Positions 60,288 through 64,000 of a stretch of 64,000 nt of DNA are shown one piece after another. The position numbers were made by a program, and so were the translations under genes. The notes below the pieces were generated by a model that was given only the letters and a program-made list of their open reading frames with translations, made no database searches and was not told where the DNA came from. This stretch comes from Alphaproteobacteria bacterium (lineage in GTDB: Bacteria > Pseudomonadota > Alphaproteobacteria > GCA-2746255): contig OZ252220.1 of the NCBI GenBank assembly GCA_965249135.1, forward strand, positions 1,440,001 through 1,504,000, read 5' to 3'. Numbering within the stretch: the first letter of the stretch is position 1; each line of letters begins with the position of its first letter.

Positions 60288-61203
60288 CCGCAGGTGAGGC
60301 CACGGGAATGTTGCGGGCGCGAAGGCGGCGAATGCGACGGGCGTCGGCCTCGAGGACCTCGAATTCCGCACCCGAAGGATGCCGAATGATTTCGCCCCGG
60401 GCAGGCACGCGTCCGGCAAGGTAGAAAACGAGGCCGCCCAAGGTGTCGATGTCTTCGTCCTTGTCGGTGAGCAGCTCCAACCCGGTGTGCGCCTCGAAGG
60501 CTTCAAGCCCGACCCGGGCATCCACCAGGAGCGAGCCGTCGTGCATGGAGACGATCATCGGTGGTGCCTCGATGTCGTGTTCGTCCTCGATTTCACCGAC
60601 GATTTCCTCGACAAGATCTTCGATGGTCACGAGTCCATCGACGCCGCCGTATTCATCGACGACCAACGCCATATGCGTACGCGTCGCACGCATCTGCAGC
60701 AAAAGATCGAGCACCCGCATCGTCGGAGCGACGAACAGCGCGCGGCGGCCGATTCGTGAAAGCTGGAATTTTTCCTCCGCGCCCCAGCAGGCCAGAATGT
60801 CCTTAATATGCACGATGCCAATCACATCGTCGAGCGAGCCACGATAGACCGGAAGTCTGGAATGCGCATTCCGGCTCATGATCTCCACCACTTCCTTGAG
60901 CGCTGCCTGCGCATCGACCGCAACGATATCGACACGCGGCACCATGATGTCGCTGATGGCGACATTGCGCAGTTCAAGGACGTTCTCGAGAAGGACGCGC
61001 TGATCCGGATCGATCGAGATTCCCGATTCGTCCCGATCCAGGATCAGATCTTCGATCGCCTCCTCAAAGGCGTCTTCCGTGGTTCGCGAACGCCGCCCGC
61101 GAAGGCGGTTCCACATCTCCCGGAACCAAGACCCCGTCTCCGCCGTTTCCGTTGCCGGTGTCTCCGTATCGATCGCTAGCCTTTCACGGGTCTGCGTCGT
61201 CAT
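60280..61203 (-). CDS. corC: CorC/HlyC family CBS-domain Mg/Co transport-associated protein
   Basis: MVPRVDI, HSRLPVY and VDEYGGVDGLVTIEDLVEEIVGEIEDE. Confidence 0.9.
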   Translation of the reverse strand: MTTQTRERLAIDTETPATETAETGSWFREMWNRLRGRRSRTTEDAFEEAIEDLILDRDESGISIDPDQRVLLENVLELRNVAISDIMVPRVDIVAVDAQAALKEVVEIMSRNAHSRLPVYRGSLDDVIGIVHIKDILACWGAEEKFQLSRIGRRALFVAPTMRVLDLLLQMRATRTHMALVVDEYGGVDGLVTIEDLVEEIVGEIEDEHDIEAPPMIVSMHDGSLLVDARVGLEAFEAHTGLELLTDKDEDIDTLGGLVFYLAGRVPARGEIIRHPSGAEFEVLEADARRIRRLRARNIPVASPADG

Positions 61204-61745
61204 CTCGCCTCCCCGGCAACGAAGGGGTGCACCTCGCCCGCGTAAGGATCCGCGATACCGAGCCGGGCAAGGATGTCGCGTTCGAGTCTTTCCATTTCGG
61301 CGGCAGCCGAGTCGTCCATGTGGTCATGGCCCAAAAGGTGCAGGACCCCGTGGACGACGAGATGGCTGAGATGATCCGAAAGGGTTTTTTCCTGGGTCTT
61401 CGCCTCGGCAGAAGCCGTCTCGAAGGCAATGACGACGTCGCCGAGCATGGCGGGGGATCCGCCTTCGTCGCCCCGGATTGGATCGCCTGCAAAGGAAAGG
61501 ACGTTCGTCGGCGCGTCCGTATCGCGGTAGTCGCGATTAAGCGCACGCATAGCTTCGTCATCCATCAGGGCAAGGCTGAGTTCGGCCGGCCCTTTCGGCA
61601 ACGCCATTTTCTCGAGGGCGGCGGCGGCAGCACGGCGCGCGACGGCTTTGACTTCCGGCAAGGCCTTCGACCACCGCCCATCGAGAACAGTGAGCGCAAT
61701 GTCAACCGAAGGAGAAGCGGTAGCATCAACCATTGCCTGGTTCAT
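61200..61745 (-). CDS. ybeY: rRNA maturation endoribonuclease YbeY
   Basis: LNRDYR, PTNVLSF and HGVLHLLGHDH. Confidence 0.96.
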   Translation of the reverse strand: MNQAMVDATASPSVDIALTVLDGRWSKALPEVKAVARRAAAAALEKMALPKGPAELSLALMDDEAMRALNRDYRDTDAPTNVLSFAGDPIRGDEGGSPAMLGDVVIAFETASAEAKTQEKTLSDHLSHLVVHGVLHLLGHDHMDDSAAAEMERLERDILARLGIADPYAGEVHPFVAGEAR

Positions 61746-62745
61746 TGTCCAAATCGGGAGCCATTGCATCACCCTGCTGATCACGGGCGTCATAGGCGCG
61801 AACGATGTCCGACACCAATGGATGACGAACGACGTCGGCATCCGAAAGTTCGACAACGCGCACGCCCTCGATGGCCGTCAGAATCTCGAGTGAATCGCGA
61901 AGACCGGAGCGAACGTCTTTCGGCAAATCCACCTGCGTCAAATCGCCCGTCACCGTCATGCGGGCATTCTCGCCAAGGCGCGTCAGCAGCATCTTCATCT
62001 GGACGGCGGTCGTATTCTGCGCTTCGTCCAGAATGACGAATGCGTTGGAAAGCGTGCGCCCGCGCATGAAGGCGAGCGGCGCGATTTCGATCTCGCCGCT
62101 GGCAAGCCGGCGGTTCACCTGATCGAGCGGCATCATGTCGTGGAGCGCCTCGTAGAGCGGCCGCAAATAGGGATCGATCTTCTCGCGCAAATCCCCCGGC
62201 AGGAAACCTAGGTGTTCGCCTGCCTCGACGGCGGGACGCGACAGGATGATCCGGTCGACCTGGCCCGTCATCAACATGGAAACCGCCATTGCCACGGCGA
62301 GGTAGGTCTTGCCGCTGCCGGCGGGACCAAGGGCAACGACGAGTTCGCTTTCCTGCAATGCCTGGATGTAATGGACCTGGCCGGCCGAGCGGGGCGAGAT
62401 CAGTCGCGTGCGCGTCGGGATGGCGTAGGTCTCGGGATCCAGCAACGTGCCTTCCATGCTCATGGTTAAGCGTAACGCCGCCTCCACCTCGCCGGCATCG
62501 ACATCCAGTCCCTTTTGCAACCGCCGATAGAGCGATTCGAGCGTCGCCCGCGCCATCCGAACGCGTTCCGGTGGGCCATCGATTGCCAAACGATTCCCAC
62601 GCGAGGTGACGGAGACGCCAAGCTTTTCTTCGATCCGCGTGAGATGTTCGTCCTGCTTCCCATAGAGATGGGGAAGAAGTCGGTTGTCGTCGAACTGAAG
62701 GTGGAGCGGAGCCTCGTGCTCCGTCGCCGTCGTATTCACGCGCAT
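61726..62745 (-). CDS. phoH: PhoH family ATPase (YbeZ)
   Basis: [25 protein letters not shown] and DEAQN. Confidence 0.94.
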   Translation of the reverse strand: MRVNTTATEHEAPLHLQFDDNRLLPHLYGKQDEHLTRIEEKLGVSVTSRGNRLAIDGPPERVRMARATLESLYRRLQKGLDVDAGEVEAALRLTMSMEGTLLDPETYAIPTRTRLISPRSAGQVHYIQALQESELVVALGPAGSGKTYLAVAMAVSMLMTGQVDRIILSRPAVEAGEHLGFLPGDLREKIDPYLRPLYEALHDMMPLDQVNRRLASGEIEIAPLAFMRGRTLSNAFVILDEAQNTTAVQMKMLLTRLGENARMTVTGDLTQVDLPKDVRSGLRDSLEILTAIEGVRVVELSDADVVRHPLVSDIVRAYDARDQQGDAMAPDLDNEPGNG

Positions 62746-64000
62746 GCTTGGCAAGCGTCTCCTTTATCTAGTGCCGCGGCGGAGGGCGGCGCGATCTCAC
62801 GACCAGCCAGGCTGTTTGCGTGTAGGGCCGTAATCTCGACGTCGGCGACATCGCCGATGGCGGCGGCAGGGGTTTCGACATGCACCGCTTGCAAATAAGG
62901 GCTCCGCCCCACCAGCTGGCCCGGGTAGCGGCCGGGTGATTCGAAGAGGATTTGGAGCCTCTGTCCAAGCATGCGTGCGTTCCAGGCGCGACTCTCGGCG
63001 GTGAGAAGGGCCTGAAGGGTTTCCAGGCGTTCGTCCTTTGCCGCGTCTGGCACCGGATCCTCCATCGTGGCGGCCGGCGTGCCGGGACGCGGGCTGAACT
63101 TGAAGGAAAAGGCCTGGGCGAAACGCACCTCGCGGACCAGCGCCAGGGTCGCTTCGAAGTCCGCCTCCGTCTCCCCCGGGAAGCCGACGATGAAGTCCGA
63201 GGAAAGGGCGATGTCCGGACGGTGGTGGCGAAGCCTGGCGACCAACTCGCGATAGGTATCCACCCGATGGCCACGATTCATGCGTTCCAGCACCGAATCG
63301 GATCCGGACTGAACGGGAAGGTGCAGGGAGGGCATCAGCTTCGGCTCCGTCCCGTGCAGCGCAAGCAGGTCTTCGTCCATGTCGCGGGGATGCGAAGTCG
63401 TGTAGCGGATCCGCAGCAACCTTTTGATCGCCGCCAAGGCATGGATAAGCTCGGCCAGCGTAGCGGCGCCTGCGCCTGTCGGGTGACGCGCGCGATAGGC
63501 GTTGACGTTCTGGCCCAAAAGGGTGATCTCGCGCGCACCTCCGTCGACCAACCGGTGGGCTTCTTCGAGAATGGCGGGAACGGGTCTCGAGAATTCCGCA
63601 CCGCGTGTATAGGGCACGACGCAGAAAGTGCAGAACTTGTCGCAGCCTTCCTGAATGGAAAGAAAGGCCGAGACCCGAGCATGGGTTGAGGTTTGCGGCA
63701 GACGATCGAATTTCGATTCGACCGGGAAATCCGTATCCAGCACGCCGCCGCCTACTCGCGTGGCACGCGCTACCATCTCCGGCAAGCGATGGTAAGTCTG
63801 AGGCCCAAAGACCAGATCGACGTAAGGGGCGCGGCGAAAAATTTCCGCGCCTTCGGCCTGGGCGACGCAGCCGGCAACGGCGAGGATCATTCGCCGACCC
63901 TTCGCCTCACGGCTGGTCTTCGCCTGGCGAAGCCGCCCCAGTTCCGAAAAAAGTTTCTCGGACGCTTTTTCGCGGATGTGACAGGTGTTCAAGATCACCA
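62736..64000 (-). CDS. miaB: tRNA-2-methylthio-N6-dimethylallyladenosine synthase (5' end outside the window)
   Basis: [23 protein letters not shown] radical SAM motif and a TRAM-like C-terminus. Confidence 0.96.
   Translation of the reverse strand, partial: VILNTCHIREKASEKLFSELGRLRQAKTSREAKGRRMILAVAGCVAQAEGAEIFRRAPYVDLVFGPQTYHRLPEMVARATRVGGGVLDTDFPVESKFDRLPQTSTHARVSAFLSIQEGCDKFCTFCVVPYTRGAEFSRPVPAILEEAHRLVDGGAREITLLGQNVNAYRARHPTGAGAATLAELIHALAAIKRLLRIRYTTSHPRDMDEDLLALHGTEPKLMPSLHLPVQSGSDSVLERMNRGHRVDTYRELVARLRHHRPDIALSSDFIVGFPGETEADFEATLALVREVRFAQAFSFKFSPRPGTPAATMEDPVPDAAKDERLETLQALLTAESRAWNARMLGQRLQILFESPGRYPGQLVGRSPYLQAVHVETPAAAIGDVADVEITALHANSLAGREIAPPSAAALDKGDACQACA

Overview
GC-rich bacterial chromosome segment whose gene order (rpsT-dnaA-dnaN-recF-gyrB, mutM/ubiE-coaBC-dut, irr, miaB-phoH-ybeY-corC-lnt-XRE-metK-trmB-rimP-nusA-infB-rbfA-truB-rpsO-pnp) points to an Alphaproteobacterium, probably Rhodospirillales-like (inference). 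The right ~38 kb (26.5-64 kb) is intact housekeeping DNA plus a rubrerythrin/Fe-S oxidoreductase/DUF3501 cluster with an Irr-type operator. The left ~26 kb is accessory. It holds (i) a Vps-like surface polysaccharide locus (WecG/TagA, GalE, metallophosphoesterase, WcaJ, WaaL/Wzy-like protein, VpsP-like protein, Wzc, short OPX, OM beta-barrel) headed by an acidic secreted protein that ends in ASPS; (ii) a type I secretion ABC/HlyD pair with a stand-alone PqqD/RRE protein; (iii) a cassette of two Cys-less thiolase-fold proteins and two DUF35 proteins; and (iv) an ABC-2 exporter and a partial cobalamin cluster. Several accessory genes carry frameshifts, nonsense codons or deletions (wecG/tagA, galE, T1SS ABC, cobD), whereas no core gene does, which suggests ongoing gene decay. 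No rRNA, tRNA, CRISPR array or IS element was recognised. All family assignments come from motif recognition by eye, with no database searches.
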